Of a stretch of DNA of 64,000 bases, positions 37,143 through 51,299 are shown piece after piece. Position 1 is the stretch's first letter. Each line of letters opens with the position of its first letter. Under the pieces are notes generated by a model. It made no database searches and was not told the origin of the DNA. It saw only the letters and a program-made list of their open reading frames with translations. The position numbers and the translations under genes are program-made. Location of the stretch: the NCBI GenBank assembly GCA_951406725.2, contig OX597825.1:50096001-50160000 (forward strand). The letters run 5' to 3'. The stretch comes from Octopus vulgaris. Lineage: Eukaryota.

Positions 37143-38475
37143 AATATCATATATCTGATACATGCATATATATATATATATATATATAAATATACATATC
37201 TATGTATACATATATCTATATATACCTCACGCTATATATGTGTAGCTTGTGTGCACACTCACACACACACACAACACACACACATATTTATACATATGTA
37301 CTCACATTAGTGTGTTTGTATAAAGCTGTATAGTGCTATATGTGTTTTTTGTGTGCATATGTGTGTATGTATTTGTAAATTACCACAATCCCAACAGCAA
37401 CAACGTCATTCTACTTTCCATTCCACATTGTAATCAATAAAATATTATTCACCCATTACTTGAATGAATAAATAGATAAATATTTAATAGAATACATAAT
37501 AAAAAATGGTGGACGGCAATTAGCTTGTCGAAAGTCTAGTAAGATATATTTTAAAGTCTATTCAATATTTATATATATATATATTCTAAAACTCACACTA
37601 ACCTAGTAGATATCTTGTGGGTGGCAGAGCTGAATTATTTAATTCCGAAACCATTCTACTTTTCCACATCAAAAAGAGAGATATTTTTGAGAATATTTAT
37701 TGTGTAATTCGTTCAATATTAATTCATTAATCTCGTAGGAGTTTATATTTTGCCGAAGAATCCAGAGAAGAAAACATAACAGAAGAAATGTATCGAGCGT
37801 TGGTTTTCGTACTTGCTGGAAAAATTGAAATATTAATCCAGCAACTAATACTTTTTCCCTTTTATTTTATAATTTTTGAACACTATGAAGTACTCATATT
37901 AAAATCACTGGCCTTATTCCATACGCTGGTCTACTTGTACTCGAGTGAGTGCTATCTAGTTATAAATTTCATTGAGTAATAAGAAGGTTGGAAGGGTGCG
38001 TGAATCATGGGAAAACAGGAGTGGGTGGGTCTTGATACATTGTTTAACATCATTGTGATCAACTGGTTCAACTTTCATCACAAGCTACTGCAAAGACCCT
38101 TCATAGGGCTCAGTAAGTGGAATTATTTTGCTTTTCAACGCTGGAATAGCCTTAATTAATAAAATATGTATATTTTTTCATTGCATTAAATATTTTAGCT
38201 CCCGTGTAAATTCCTGTTGTTCATGCGAAAATTGGTCAAGGGAGTATATACCAAGTCATTATTATAAGTCATCACTCCAATCAGTGGTGATTTTCCCCAC
38301 TTCCGAAATCAAGAATTTGCTAAGTACTTCTGTGGCTGAGTTACTTATGTCACGTTCCAGTTTTTTTTTTCATTTATATTTTGGACTAGTCTAACGTGTT
38401 TTTGTTAATCAGACCTGATCTTTGAATTCAAGAATTTCCTCTTCGCAAGGCATATAATTTTGATTTATATATATG

Positions 38476-38540
<65 letters not shown>

Positions 38541-38545
<5 letters not shown>

Positions 38546-39228
38546 TTAGAGAGTGACCACTATGTGGTTCACTCTAGTGCTAAAAATAGCTCCGCTAATG
38601 GTATACCTACTAAAAGTTGTTTCCAAAAAGAAATACCACTACATTTAACGTAAGGTAAGTGAAACACAACTAAAAAATAGATTAACCCTGAACAATTGTT
38701 TCATTATTAATGTAATATGCAATTTTACTTACACAACATCCATAAATCTTCAGCAGAGGTTTGTCTTAAATACAATTTATTAAGTCGCAGCGAGCGTCAA
38801 ATACACGTGCGGTTTAATCGATTGTATTCGTAGTTATGATTCAAATTTCCCCGCCAAAAGAGCGATATGACTTACTGGAAACGAGTACTGCATCAAATAT
38901 TTACTGCAGTATAATTAAATTTATAAATGAGGGTGACAAATTTGATATTAATTTAATAATACCATCAATTTAACACTAAGTGGCTTAGCACATAAAAACC
39001 AAGGGAAAAATACAAATTTCTCTTTCTCTTTTCTCTCTTTTACTTGTTTCAGTCATTTGACTGCGGCCATGCTGGAGCACCGCCTTTAGTCGAGCAAATC
39101 GACCCCGGGACTTATTCTTTGTAAGCCCAGTACTTATTCTATCGGTCTCTTTTTGCCGAACCGCTAAGTGACGGGGACGTAAACACATCAGCATCGGTTG
39201 TCAAGCAATGCTAGGGGGACAAACACAG

Positions 39229-39267
<39 letters not shown>

Positions 39268-39607
39268 ACAGGCTTCTTTCAGTTTCCGTCTACCAAATCC
39301 ACTCACAAGGCATTGGTCGGCCCGAGGCTATAGCAGAAGACACTTGCCCAAGATGCCATACAGTGGGACTGAACCCGGAACCATGTGGTTGGTTAGCAAG
39401 CTACTTACCACACAGCCACTCCCGCGCCTATACATAAATTTATACATAAATATTAGAGAGTGACCACTATGTGGTTCACTCTAGTGCTAAAAATAGCTCC
39501 GCTAATGGTATAGCCACTAAAAGATATTTCCAAGAAGAAATACCACTACATTTAACGTAAGGTAAGTGAAACACAACGAAAAAATATATCAACCCTGAGC
39601 AATTGTT
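38541..39607. repeat. ~160-bp direct repeat (38541-38700 and 39448-39607), probable PLE terminus, with a SINE between the copies
   Basis: AAATATTAGAGAGTGACCACTATGTGGTTCACTCTAGTGCTAAAAATAGC... occurs twice with few substitutions; terminal hairpin AGAGTGACCAC/GTGGTTCACTCT. Confidence 0.85.
39019..39430 (-). mobile_element. Octopus-type SINE, full length, young
   Basis: Near-identical to the 46244-46690 copy. Confidence 0.92.
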
Positions 39608-39609
39608 GG

Positions 39610-39644
<35 letters not shown>

Positions 39645-39649
<5 letters not shown>

Positions 39650-42600
39650 CGTTCACTCGTGACCGAGGAAGACCATTGCCGACCTTCAGGAACATTGTGC
39701 GCTCTAGGATTAACTTATATTTTGCATTTGCGGCTCCGTTGGTGGCTAATGAGCCCTGCTCTTGACAGGCATACACGACTGAAAACATTGCAGACCAAGC
39801 TTTCCCCCATTCACTATACGAGCCGTACGCTTTCGCGCAGCTCGCTTAAGTTCTTCATGCTGGATACGTGCTCTCTCAAAAGTGTCAATCCCCTCCTTAA
39901 CCTGCTTCCTCCATCTGTGGCGATAACAGGCATTGTTCTCTCAGTCAGTGTCCTGCATATCACAGGCCTTTAATGAGGACTTGACACAGTCCTTAAATCG
40001 CAGCCTTGGTTTCTGCCGGAGTCTCCTTCCATTCACAAGTTCTCCATAGAGCATTTGCATAGGAATCCTGCTATCCTTCATTCTAATTAGGTGTCCAGTC
40101 CAACGTAACTGGTGCTTGTGCACCATCGCCTCAATACTCAAGATATCAGCTGTCCTGCGGACCTGTGTATCTGGAATTTTTGAGGTCCAGCCAACATTGA
40201 GAATGTGTCTGAGACATCTCTGATGAAAGCATTCAAAGACCCTTACCTGACATTTGTACAGAGTCCATGTCTCACATGAGTAGAGGATCGATGTCAGTAC
40301 ACAAGCACGGTACACAGCAACTTTTGTTCGCTTTGCGAGGCCATGTGGCACCAGACACGAGACTGAAGAGACCGGAAGGAATTAGTTGCTCTCTGCAACC
40401 TGAAAGATATTTCCTCATCCAGGGAGCAAGAACGGCTGAGTGTGCTGCCCAGGTAGACAAACTTGTCTACCACCTTCAGAATTGTTCTTTCAACCAAGAT
40501 AGCTGGTTCCATATATGGATTTCCTGGTGCAGGCTGGAACATTACAACAGTCTTGTCCAGGCTAATGCTGAGTCCAAATGCCCTGCAAGAAGCAGAAATG
40601 CAATTCATGAGCATTTGCATGTCATCCACTGTATGAGTGATTAAGTCACAGTCATCTGCATAAAGGAGGTCACGAATAATAGACTGGGAAACCTTTGAAT
40701 TGGCAGCAAATCGGCGAAGATTAAAGAGGCGGCCAGAAGATCGATATCTGACATATATTCCCAGAGAGCTAACCTTAGCAAAAGCATGAGTAAAAGCAGC
40801 AGCAAAGTACAAAGAAAAGAGAGTTGGGGGCAAGGATGTCAACCTGCTTGACACCATTCTCTACAAGAATTGGTCCCACCATGGCACCACCAACATTGAC
40901 CCAAGCCTCCATCCCATCATGAAATGATTTAATTATAGATACAAAGTGATCCGGACCTTCACGTTTGCCAAGTATTTTCCATAGAAAGGCCCTATTTACA
41001 GTATCAAAGGTCTTTGTTAAATCAATGAATACCTGGAAAAGATCCATATTCTGCTCATAGCACTTCTCCTGCATCTGTCTTGCTGTGAAAATCATATCCA
41101 TTATCCCTCTACCAGATCGGAAGCCACATTGAGATTCAGATAGGACACCATTTAAGAGACACCCATTCGGACGGGTAAGAAGTATATTTGCCAGAACCTT
41201 GCCAGCAGCTGATAGTAGAGCAATACCTCTGTAGTTACCACACACTGTTCTGGCTCCTTTTCCTTTATACAGAGGAAGAATAATTGCATCCTTCGAGTCC
41301 TTAGGAATTGCACCATCCCTCCAAACTGCACTAATAAGTTCATGAAGGGACTGTGTGATGTATTTACCACCAAATCGCAAGACCTCAGCACAAATTCCAT
41401 CCTTTCCAGGTGCCCTACCAAGATTCAATTTACTTATTGGTGTCATTACTATCTATTGAGGGCGGGGAGTTTAGGGAGCCAATGATAGGTCTTTGTTGCA
41501 TAGTATCAATCACTGTTTCATCCACAACTGACTCATGGTTTAGGAGTTCAGAGAAGTGTTCGATCCAGCGACCTGTGATTTCTGTTGATTTAATAAACAG
41601 AGTGGAAGACTCCTTGGAAAGCAAAGGAGCTGATGTGGGGCTATTAGGTCCATAAGCTCGCTTCATAAAATGGTAAAGCTTCTTGCTGTCATTTGCATCA
41701 AAATGTCCTAGAGAGTTCCATGTTTGCCAGTCTGTTCCAACCCTGGCATTAAAATCCCCCAGTAGAATGACTTTATCAGAATTGGGGATTTTTCTAAATA
41801 TGGCTCTCAGTTAGGTATAAAAGATTGTTTTATCTTCATCACAGCTAGTCAAAGTAGGTGCATAGGCACTTATTAGAGCAGCCAACCGCTTACCTTTCAA
41901 GTGCAACCGTAGCGTCATTATACGTTCATTTAAAGGAACAGGGAGCTCTTCCAACTTCTTAAGGATATCAGATCGGACTGCAAAGCCAACACCAGCCTCT
42001 CTGCGCTCCTCCTGCCTTACTTTCCAAACAAAGGTGTATCCACCTCCTACTTCCTCAAGCTAACCATCACCTTCTATACGAGTCTCTGAGGGTGCAGCTA
42101 TATCAATTGTATAACGGTTCAGCTCACGAGCAACAAGTGCAGTTGGAAAGTCTTTCAGGCCTGCAATCACTCTTGTTATCTAACAGAGTGCGCACATTCC
42201 AACATGAAATGTTTAAGTTCCGTCCAGATTTTATAGATAAAAGACTCTTTGTTTTTCGAGAGCAGAGTGGACATCCGCCAGTCGCGCTAAACTGACCAGA
42301 TATGGAAAGACAGGCAATTTTTGGTTCACTTTTTCTAGAACCTCCCCGGTTTCCGGGTGAGCAGAGGTCGGCAATAAATCATAACGAATCATATACCTAT
42401 ATAACTATGTATCTCCATCTTCTCAGCCCACTATGCCAGGGAGGACCATCTTAGATACTTCCTTCTTAGACTCCTATAAGAAGCAACCGTCATTATACTT
42501 TCTGGCTAGCTTCCCAACCGTAACCAACTGAAAGTATAGATGTTAACCAACCAACTTCTTCAACTAGTCTTAGGTCTCCCACCATTTGGCTCGACTTGAA

Positions 42601-42790
42601 AATCTGTCTTGTGGTTCTTTCCTGCTACAGTATAATCGCATATCGGTAGTCCTGGAATTGTGACTGCTCACTTAGAAGATTTAGTGATTTGACTTGGAGA
42701 GAATCTTTGACCTCAGAGCTACACATCCTTATGATTAATATGACTCCAGCGATCCTTCACGGAAACCGCATTTAGTCTGCTCTTATTTGT
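39645..42790 (-). mobile_element. RTE-clade (BovB-like) LINE with APE and RT domains, frameshifted and internally deleted
   Basis: APE: SCWNVRTL, ISAYAPTL, LLGDFNARVG; RT: APGKDGI, CGNYRGIALLS, QCGFRSGRG, VFIDLTKTFD, LLYADDC, YSCETW, QLRWTGH, RIPMQMLYGEL; 3' end next to (TA)n; 5' boundary approximate. Confidence 0.92.
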
Positions 42791-42809
42791 GTTCGTATTT
42801 TTTCAGTTA

Positions 42810-43030
42810 TTACCCAGCAGTCATGATTACAGGTGAGAATAAGTGCGAAACTGAATCGAAAATAGCTAGTTTGCCTTTTTTTATACCAACCTCTCCTCTC
42901 TTGAGTATAGAATACTCGAGTGGATGATGTACTGTGCAAGCACCCGTAATTCTAGCATCCACTTCAGCCTCCTGCATTCCATCACTTTTGAATACTACCC
43001 TGAGACACTTAAATTCTTCACTTGTCTTAG
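42810..43030 (-). mobile_element. Small RTE-like RT fragment
   Basis: EFKCLRVVFKSDGMQEAEVDARITGA resembles the FKYLG...EID.RI..A region. Confidence 0.55.
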
Positions 43031-44619
43031 TGATGTATACGTATAAACATACATCCATACATACATATACATACATTCACATAGTGTGATAAACTCTTTA
43101 ATGCCCATAAAGTCAAGACATGTTACTCACATTGAAATATTATACGTCCCTTAGAAACAAATACGAACCTATATAGACTTGAACGCACCCATTTTCTCTA
43201 TTTTATCGGTAGAAGTATGACTGAAAGGAGTATAGGAAAATATTTTTGATGACTATTCAACTAACAATGTTTATAACGTAGACAGAAGTGAAGTTTATTT
43301 TCTTGCAGTGTCAGAGAAGAGATCTTTGTTTAACCTTTTAGTGTTTAAACAGGTTATATCCAGCCTGAATATTCTACCTGCTTATATGTTCAAACTGGCT
43401 GTATTGAATCTCACACTTAAACTCCAAAGTCCTTCTAAAGTTAAACAATCACATTATTGAAGTATCAAAGCAAGAGGATAATATATGAATAAATCGAAAC
43501 AATATGAAAAATAAACATCAAATTTGCCAGTAATCTGAATCCAAAATAGTTAAATTGTAATAGCAAATTATTTAAAGAACGCGTGACGATTCTTTGATGC
43601 AGTGAAATGAATGGACAGAAATGGGAGCTTCTACTGATTGAAAAAGCAATATTCGTCAGCATTTTAAGGGCGTCAAAAATTTATTGTAATTAGTTTAATC
43701 AAAAAGTGGATAAGGGCAGTTGATTTTAAAAACAGATTGCTTCAGTGAGATTTTGCAATTCGAGTGAAAACTTTTACCACAATTACCAGTGTCACTAACA
43801 TCGCCGTCGTTTTCATTCTCACTGAAACAAACAAAAACAATGACACCAAATACATCTTCACCTCTACAAACACCACTGCTGGAACTACTTACACCGTTGC
43901 TAAATTAATTGCTTACGACCATAATATATATGGTGGGAAGGTGGAAGCAGCAGTTGGTGTAACTGTTTAAGTGTGACAGAAATTCGGTTGATGGTGTATG
44001 GAAGATGTAATATTTTTGGTGATAGGGGTACAAGTTCTCCTTTGTTATGCTGAGTAGTGAAACTGGCGGTAGAGGAAAATATGTGCAGAAACATTTTCGG
44101 TGGTAGAATTCTCTTTTATTACAGCTTTTGGTCTTTTTTCAGTTAATATTCTTCATTTATTCTTCATTGCGTTCTGTTTTTCATTGTTTAACAACAGCAA
44201 ATATTCGTTGTTTTAACAACGGTAAATGTACTTTTAGGAATTTTCATTTTCAACATAAGGAAATAATACTTATTAGTTCATACACGTTCTTTTAATATAA
44301 CTGCATTTCCTTTTGTAGATCTATTTTACTTTTTCCACTATCGAGCTTTCTTCATGTTGCATCTCTCAGCATCCTTCTCACATGCAAGCTATATCTGTAG
44401 TCATACATATACACTATAGAAATATATGATACAAATCACATCTATGCACAAGTATATATATATATATATATATAGATCAATAAATGGTGGGGTTGTGTAT
44501 ATATATATATGTATATATATGGTGGGGTTGTGTATATATATATATGTAAGCCTGTATATACATTCGTTTACTTGTTTCGCTCTTTCGGCTGCAACTATAT
44601 ATATATATATATATAAAGG

Positions 44620-44990
44620 GTAACATCAGTAACAATTTAACCAGGTGGTCAGCGCAGAAATATAAAATATTTTATAATTATAGACAAGGGTGGTTTTCAC
44701 ATCACCACGCATCACCACGCACTGTGGAAATAGACACCAAATGCCCTACTACCACCTTAAAATTTCCGAGAATGCATATTTTGCTCGCATGCATATTTTG
44801 TGATACTCGTAAATTTATGCTATGGAATACCGTCTCTGATGAGAGCAGTGAGTAATATTTCTTTACTTTAATCTTGAAATAGGGTCTTGTACGCGTTTAA
44901 CCGAAAAGTTGTTGATTCATTATTTTTCTTTTGCTTGCCTACAATATAGTGTATTATTCTCGGCGATTTTAAGATGGTAATAGGGCAGAT
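44620..44990. mobile_element. pLTR-like module with short inverted arms and a decayed hammerhead core
   Basis: TACCACCTTAAAATTTCCGAGAAT / ATTCTCGGCGATTTTAAGATGGTA; CTGATGA at 44836, GAAA at 44876. Confidence 0.5.
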
Positions 44991-45309
44991 AAATACTGGA
45001 GCTTCAACTCTATTCGGGATTTTTACTCGAAACTAAGTGCTCCTATATTCAACCCAACTAAAGACTGATAGCTTGCAGAAAACTATATCACACACATATA
45101 ATGATGGTGAAACGGTCTGTATAATTTGCATAACCTTGCATTCGTTGAAGACCTGGGAAATTAACTAATCAATTATGCACAAAATTGTATGTCATGAATA
45201 AGTTGAAATTTTGATATAATTATACACTGCAAGTCTCCTGAGAAAAAGAAACGTATGTAAACAAATACATTGTTAAACATATATGCATACGTTCCTACAC
45301 ACACGCAGT

Positions 45310-45345
<36 letters not shown>

Positions 45346-45421
45346 TATAGGAAACTAACCACACACGCACTCACACATGCACTTATACACATAAATATGT
45401 ATATTTATATATGTGTTTGTG

Positions 45422-45508
<87 letters not shown>

Positions 45509-45959
45509 TATATATACATATATATCTGTACATTATATATGTATGCATATATGTGTGTGTGTGTGTTTGTATGGCTGAATATGTATGTTTCAAAGTCTAT
45601 GTATTTGTAACAGGAATATAAACGCTATGCAAATACCTGAACACACTCTCACACAAGCCAAACAAATTCATTAACAAACTAGAAAAGAACAAAGACACGC
45701 ACACGCACGGACAAATATTCATTAATATTAAACTTGTATATTGTATGTTGACATAGTTAGAGCGAGAAGACTAACTCACGCAACTGAGACAGTATATGTG
45801 TGTATCTCTCATTTTATTTATGTATGTATATGCAACTGTACATCCGTCTATTGAATTACCTGTTACATCTACTGCGTATCTAGTGTCTATCTATCTATCA
45901 ATCTATCTATAAATGTATATATATATGTGTGTGCGCGCGCGCGTGTGTGTGTGTGTATG

Positions 45960-46021
<62 letters not shown>

Positions 46022-46243
46022 TATATATATATATATTTGTCCGCTTTACCTGCCTTTCAGTCTACGTATCTATATGTACATTTTATTCTCTCCCTGTTTA
46101 TTTTCTCTTATTCCTTTCTGTTGATGAATGTAGGCTGGAAACGTAAAAGACTTTCTCACTTTCCCGAGCGCCAAACTTATACACCTGCTTGTTGTTCATA
46201 CACTTGTCTTCGTCTTTTATTTTTCTATAAATTTCAAATTTAT

Positions 46244-46396
46244 TGGCTGTGTGGTAAGTAGCTTGCTAACCAACCACATGGTTCCGGGTTCAGTCCCACT
46301 GAGTGGCATCTTGGGCAAGTGTCTCCTGCTATAGCCCCGGGCCGACCATTGCCTTGTGAGTGGATTTGGTAGACGGAAACTGAAAGAAGCCTGTCG

Positions 46397-46495
<99 letters not shown>

Positions 46496-46689
46496 TTGTC
46501 CCCCTAGCATTGCTTGACAACCGATGCTGGTGTGTTTACGTCCCCGTCACTTAGCGGTTCGGCAAAAGAGACCGATAGAATAAGTACTGGGCTTACAAAG
46601 AATAAGTCCCGGGGTCGATTTGCTCGACTAAAGGCGGTGCTTCAGCATGGCCGCAGTCAAATGACTGAAACAAGTAAAAGAGTAAAAGA

Positions 46690-46727
<38 letters not shown>

Positions 46728-47126
46728 TTATATATATATATACTCATTCATTTACTTATTTACTTGTTTCAGCCATTTGATTGTGGCCATGCTGGAGCAC
46801 TACCTTTAGTCGAGCAAATCGCCCCCAGGACTTATTCTTTGTAAGCCTAGTACTTATTCTACCGGTCTCTTGCCGAACCGCTAGGTTACGGGGACGTAAA
46901 CACACCAGCATCGGTTGTCAAGCGATGCTGGGGGAGGGATAAACACAACACGCAAGCATACACATATATATATACATATATACGACGGGCTTCTTTCAGT
47001 TTCCGTCTACCAAATCCACTCACAGGCTATAGTAGAAGACACTTGCCCAAGGTGCCACGCAGTGGGACTGAACCCGGAACCACGTGGTACGTAAGCAAGC
47101 CTACTTACCACGCAACCACTCCTACG

Positions 47127-47128
<2 letters not shown>
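46244..47128. mobile_element. Two full-length Octopus-type SINEs, tail-to-tail around (TA)n
   Basis: 46244-46690 (+) and ~46762-47128 (-); different subfamily diagnostics (GGCATCTT/TAGCATTGC vs GGCACCTT/CAGCATCGC). Confidence 0.92.
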
Positions 47129-47168
<40 letters not shown>

Positions 47169-47178
47169 AATATATATA

Positions 47179-47246
<68 letters not shown>

Positions 47247-47306
47247 TATCTACATATATATCTATATAGATACTTGTGACCTGGACCAATCTTTCGTCGA
47301 AGCATA

Positions 47307-50300
47307 TCTAAGTTATATATATATATAATACCCTGTGTGTGTGTGTGTGTATGTGTCCCCTCAATGCACGCTCAGACCTCTGGATCGATTTGTCCCATAC
47401 TTGAGGTACATGAATGATTTGACCTTGGAAAGAATAATGCAGTCTTGATTTATTTTTTTTAATGAAAAATCAATATTTCTCTAGATGTAAAGATTTACTT
47501 CTTCAAATCGTTTTCTCAACTTTCTGTGTTTGAACTTCCCATCTTTGGCATCCTAACCAGCTATTTACACACACATGTATGTATACATCATTACAGTTGT
47601 GACGATTTCTGATAAAAACGAATTTCTAAAGGTACATTCATGTCAGAAAAAAATTTCATACAGAGATTGACGCCTTTTCTCAATTAATTAAATGAGGTAC
47701 TGTATATTGTACATTGATTTTCCGATACATATCTCGGACGATTTTTGGAACAAGTCGCCTTAATAAGACTTGATATTTCACATTTAAATCCCATGTGATT
47801 ATTCTTGGCGCAAATCCACTAATCAACACTTTAACTTAACCGTTTTGTCAATGTCAACATAGTCACGAAGTAACCAGCTATTCATACACACCCAAACGCG
47901 CGCGCGCACTCACACACACGTATGTATACATCATTATAGTTATAATGATTTCAGATGAAAAAGAATTTCTAAAGTTACTTTCATTTTTTATATTTTTCCC
48001 TGGCTTTCTATTTTTGCAACATATATACCTATGTGTGTGTGAGAGAGAGAGAGAGAGAGAGGGAGAGAGGGAAAGAAACAGAGAGAGAAATTCATTCGGA
48101 GATTTCATTTAATTGATCAATTGTGAACAGAGCATCACTACAGATTTCTGACCCCACCCCACCTCAACTTTGGATGATCATAACTTTCAGAAAAAGGGAT
48201 ACTTTTTCATGTAATTTTCTACAGATAGGTGTTATATCGTGTAGATTCCGAATATACAAAATTTTGGCGGGGAGAGTCCACTTGAATTCCCTTTTTTTTC
48301 TGGAAAATGGATATTTTTTAATGAAATTGTCTACAAATATACTTCGGACTATGTAGATTCTGAGCATATAGGAATTTTGGGGAAAACAGTTGGGAGTTAT
48401 TTCAGTGTTTCAGAACAAGTCGCCATATTTATTACATTTTCTCTGTTTTGTGCGTTTGTGCATCCGCAGATTTCTACTGAAGCAATAGGCAATGAAGGCA
48501 AGTGAATTCCTCACCAGGAAACTCATACTAACAATAACAGCTAAATGTCTGGTACACAGATATATGTTATTAAGACGACTTATCTGTTGCATTCAATGTT
48601 TTTTTCACTCAAGTAAATTTCCAGGCAAACGGCTCTAATAGAAAGTCAGAAGACACCAGAAAAAAATAGGGAATATACACACACAGTTAAATATAGAGGT
48701 GTAAAGTATAATCTGTTACATAATCCCTATAATAAGCAGGATACTGAACGGAATAATTCCCCGTTTGAAATTTTTTTCATGTGAGTGTGAAGACAGTGAG
48801 AATAAGCATGCCACCCCTTGTGGGGTTTTTTTTTTCTACGGTCCGACTTTGTCTCCAACGGAGATTCTAAATATGCAGAAAAATCTACATTTAGACTTCT
48901 TAATACACCGGCTCCTTAACTTTTTCCCCCGAAATGTTACGACTAGATTTAAGGGCTACATATGGTTAGACTAACGCACAAAACGGTGAAACTGAAACAA
49001 ATATGGACGACAATTTCATTAATAAGCTAAGGCGAATTGTAGTGAACTCTGGTGAATTTGCTGAAAATCTTCCCCACCCCCTCCTAAATCCCTTTACGCC
49101 GAATATTTTGTATATTCAGAATCTACATGATATAACACATATTCGTAGAAAATATCATTAAAAATATCCATTTTTCTGAAAGTTATGATCATCCAAAGTC
49201 GGTGGGGGTGCAGAAAGCCTGTCAATGATCTCATAATGTATGTGCTCCCAAACATCGCACAAAACTTTAGCAACAGTCAATGGGTCTGTGAGCGAGCCAT
49301 CTTAGCCCCACGTAATGATGTGTCGACAAAATCAAATGGAATCTCTTACAGCTGTTGCCCGGAAAAGTACAGTTTTTCAAATCCCTCGACACTCATTCAT
49401 CAGGACCAGGCTGTGGTTTTTTCAACTGAGTTCCTGAACTCTCTATAGTCATCTGGGATGCTACCTCATCATTTAACGCTTAAAAAGGGGGCCCCACTGA
49501 TGCTGCTCAGGAATCTGGAACATCCTTGTCTGTGCAATGGCACAATACTGGTGATGAAAGTGATGCGACCCCATGTCCTAGAGGCAACAGTTATGACTGA
49601 GAACTTTAAGAGTAAGGATGTCTTCATTCCACTGATCCCGTTAAACCCATATGATCTCCCCTTTGAATTTAAACGGTTCCAGTCCCCAGTGAAACTAAGT
49701 TTCGCTATTTCAATAAACAAGTCTCAAGGACTATCTCTCAAGGTTGTTGGACTTCACCTTGCTTCTCTCATGGTCAATTATATGTAGGATGTTCGCGATT
49801 TGGAAGTGCCCAAAATCTTTTCATTTATACACCAATTAATGGACACACTCAAAAGATGGTATATTTAGAAGCTATATTTAGATAATTAAACTGTGATTGA
49901 TTGCCGGATTTGTTTCAATGCATTTGTTTCTACTCACATCATCTGATAGAATTTTTGTTAAATGTACTTAAATTTACAGGAGGGGGGCGCCAGCAGGGCG
50001 GTTCTTATCAAATGTATGCATTTTCGGGTTCAACGTGTTTCAAATAAGTACTGACAATTGAAGGTGATTGCGAAAGCAAAGAACTACCCGTTTTTTAAAA
50101 ACAATTTTAACAGTGTGAACATCAGATAAAACATGTTATTGACGTTAATAGTTTGTACCTCACCTAATTATTGTTGAGAACTGTATAATCTATGTTTCAT
50201 TTTACTTAGAGATTTAAAAGGCATACTTCAATTTCATTATGTTCAATAACCTGGGGAATGCCGGTTTATTAACTTATAAAGTTGATATCTCAGCTACTAG

Positions 50301-50412
50301 GAGGTAAGGAGGTAAGACCTGCGCAGTCTATGTTTCAAATTTAGAGATCTAAAAGGCATTTTTGAATTTCATTATTTCTTTTATCCCAGGCAATGCCGGG
50401 TATTTCTGCTAG
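47307..50412 (+). mobile_element. Non-autonomous Helitron with a PIF1-helicase remnant
   Basis: WVCERAILAPRND, STEFLNSL, LTLKKGAPLMLLRNL..LCNGT, SINKSQG, HGQLYVGCSR (49200-49870); 3' hairpin CCCAGGCAATGCCGGG then CTAG|T at 50409-50413; 5' A|TC tentative. Confidence 0.85.
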
Positions 50413-50446
50413 TATATATATATATACTACCAGAAATACCCGGCAT

Positions 50447-50890
50447 ATATGAGAAAAAAGAGCAATTGACATATAGATATCAGTTTATTTAAAGATATTC
50501 AAATCAATATTATATAAAATTCTTATCCCTCTAGCGGTTTCCATAGACAATTAATTCAATTAGAGAAACTGAATTAATTTAACTTAAAATTTTCAAATTG
50601 AAACTGGTTGAGTATATAGGGGAGAATTTTCCAGAAAGCACTTACATTCCAAAGGTTGGCTAACACGTTGAAATGTAACTCCTTTCGGGAAAATTCTCCC
50701 CTGATGAAATACCTAATTAACCAGTTACAATCTGAAAATTTTTAATTAATTTAATTTAATTTTTTCAAATTGAATTTATTGGCTATGGAAACGGGTGTAG
50801 GGATAAGAATTTCATATTTTGTTGAATTGAATATCTTTGAATAAACTGATGTCTTTATGTCAATTTCTCCATTTTTCTTCTTTTTCTCAT
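50447..50890. mobile_element. Inverted pLTR-like module with a hammerhead carrying a long stem II (+, ~50696-50804)
   Basis: Arms ~50447-50635 and ~50690-50890; TCCC-CTGATGA-(~80 nt)-GAAA-CGGGTG-TA/GGGA. Confidence 0.7.
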
Positions 50891-51163
50891 TCATAAATTA
50901 CTTAAATGCCAATATCTATCAATGAAAGACTAACTGAACCCTGGTAAAATCCGGAGAACTAAGATGCAAACATCCCTGAACGGATTATAGGTTTTGGCAT
51001 AATTAGTTTATATATATATATATATATATATTAGGTATTGGCATCAAGTAGAAGACCCTAAGAGTGACACGTAATGCTAAGTAAGTGCTATGGACAGACC
51101 GTAGTTAATCTCTTGGTTCGATAGTGATACAAGTGAGAAATTTAATGTGTGTCTTGTATTTGC

Positions 51164-51213
<50 letters not shown>

Positions 51214-51299
51214 ATAACAAACCCAAGGCTGTGAGGAGTTTCAGGACATTTATAAGGAAAGAAATATAGATATAGTCTTACAGCTGTTATTAATGCCAG

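Noticed and set aside
31195-46150. Hammerhead-like motifs at ~31202 (CAGATGA...GAAAC) and ~46121 (TTGATGA...GAAACGTA)
   Set aside because: Core or stems are disrupted; at most dead pLTR relics, so not listed as ribozymes
46244-47128. Fold-back duplication of one SINE
   Set aside because: The two copies carry different subfamily substitutions, so independent insertions are more likely
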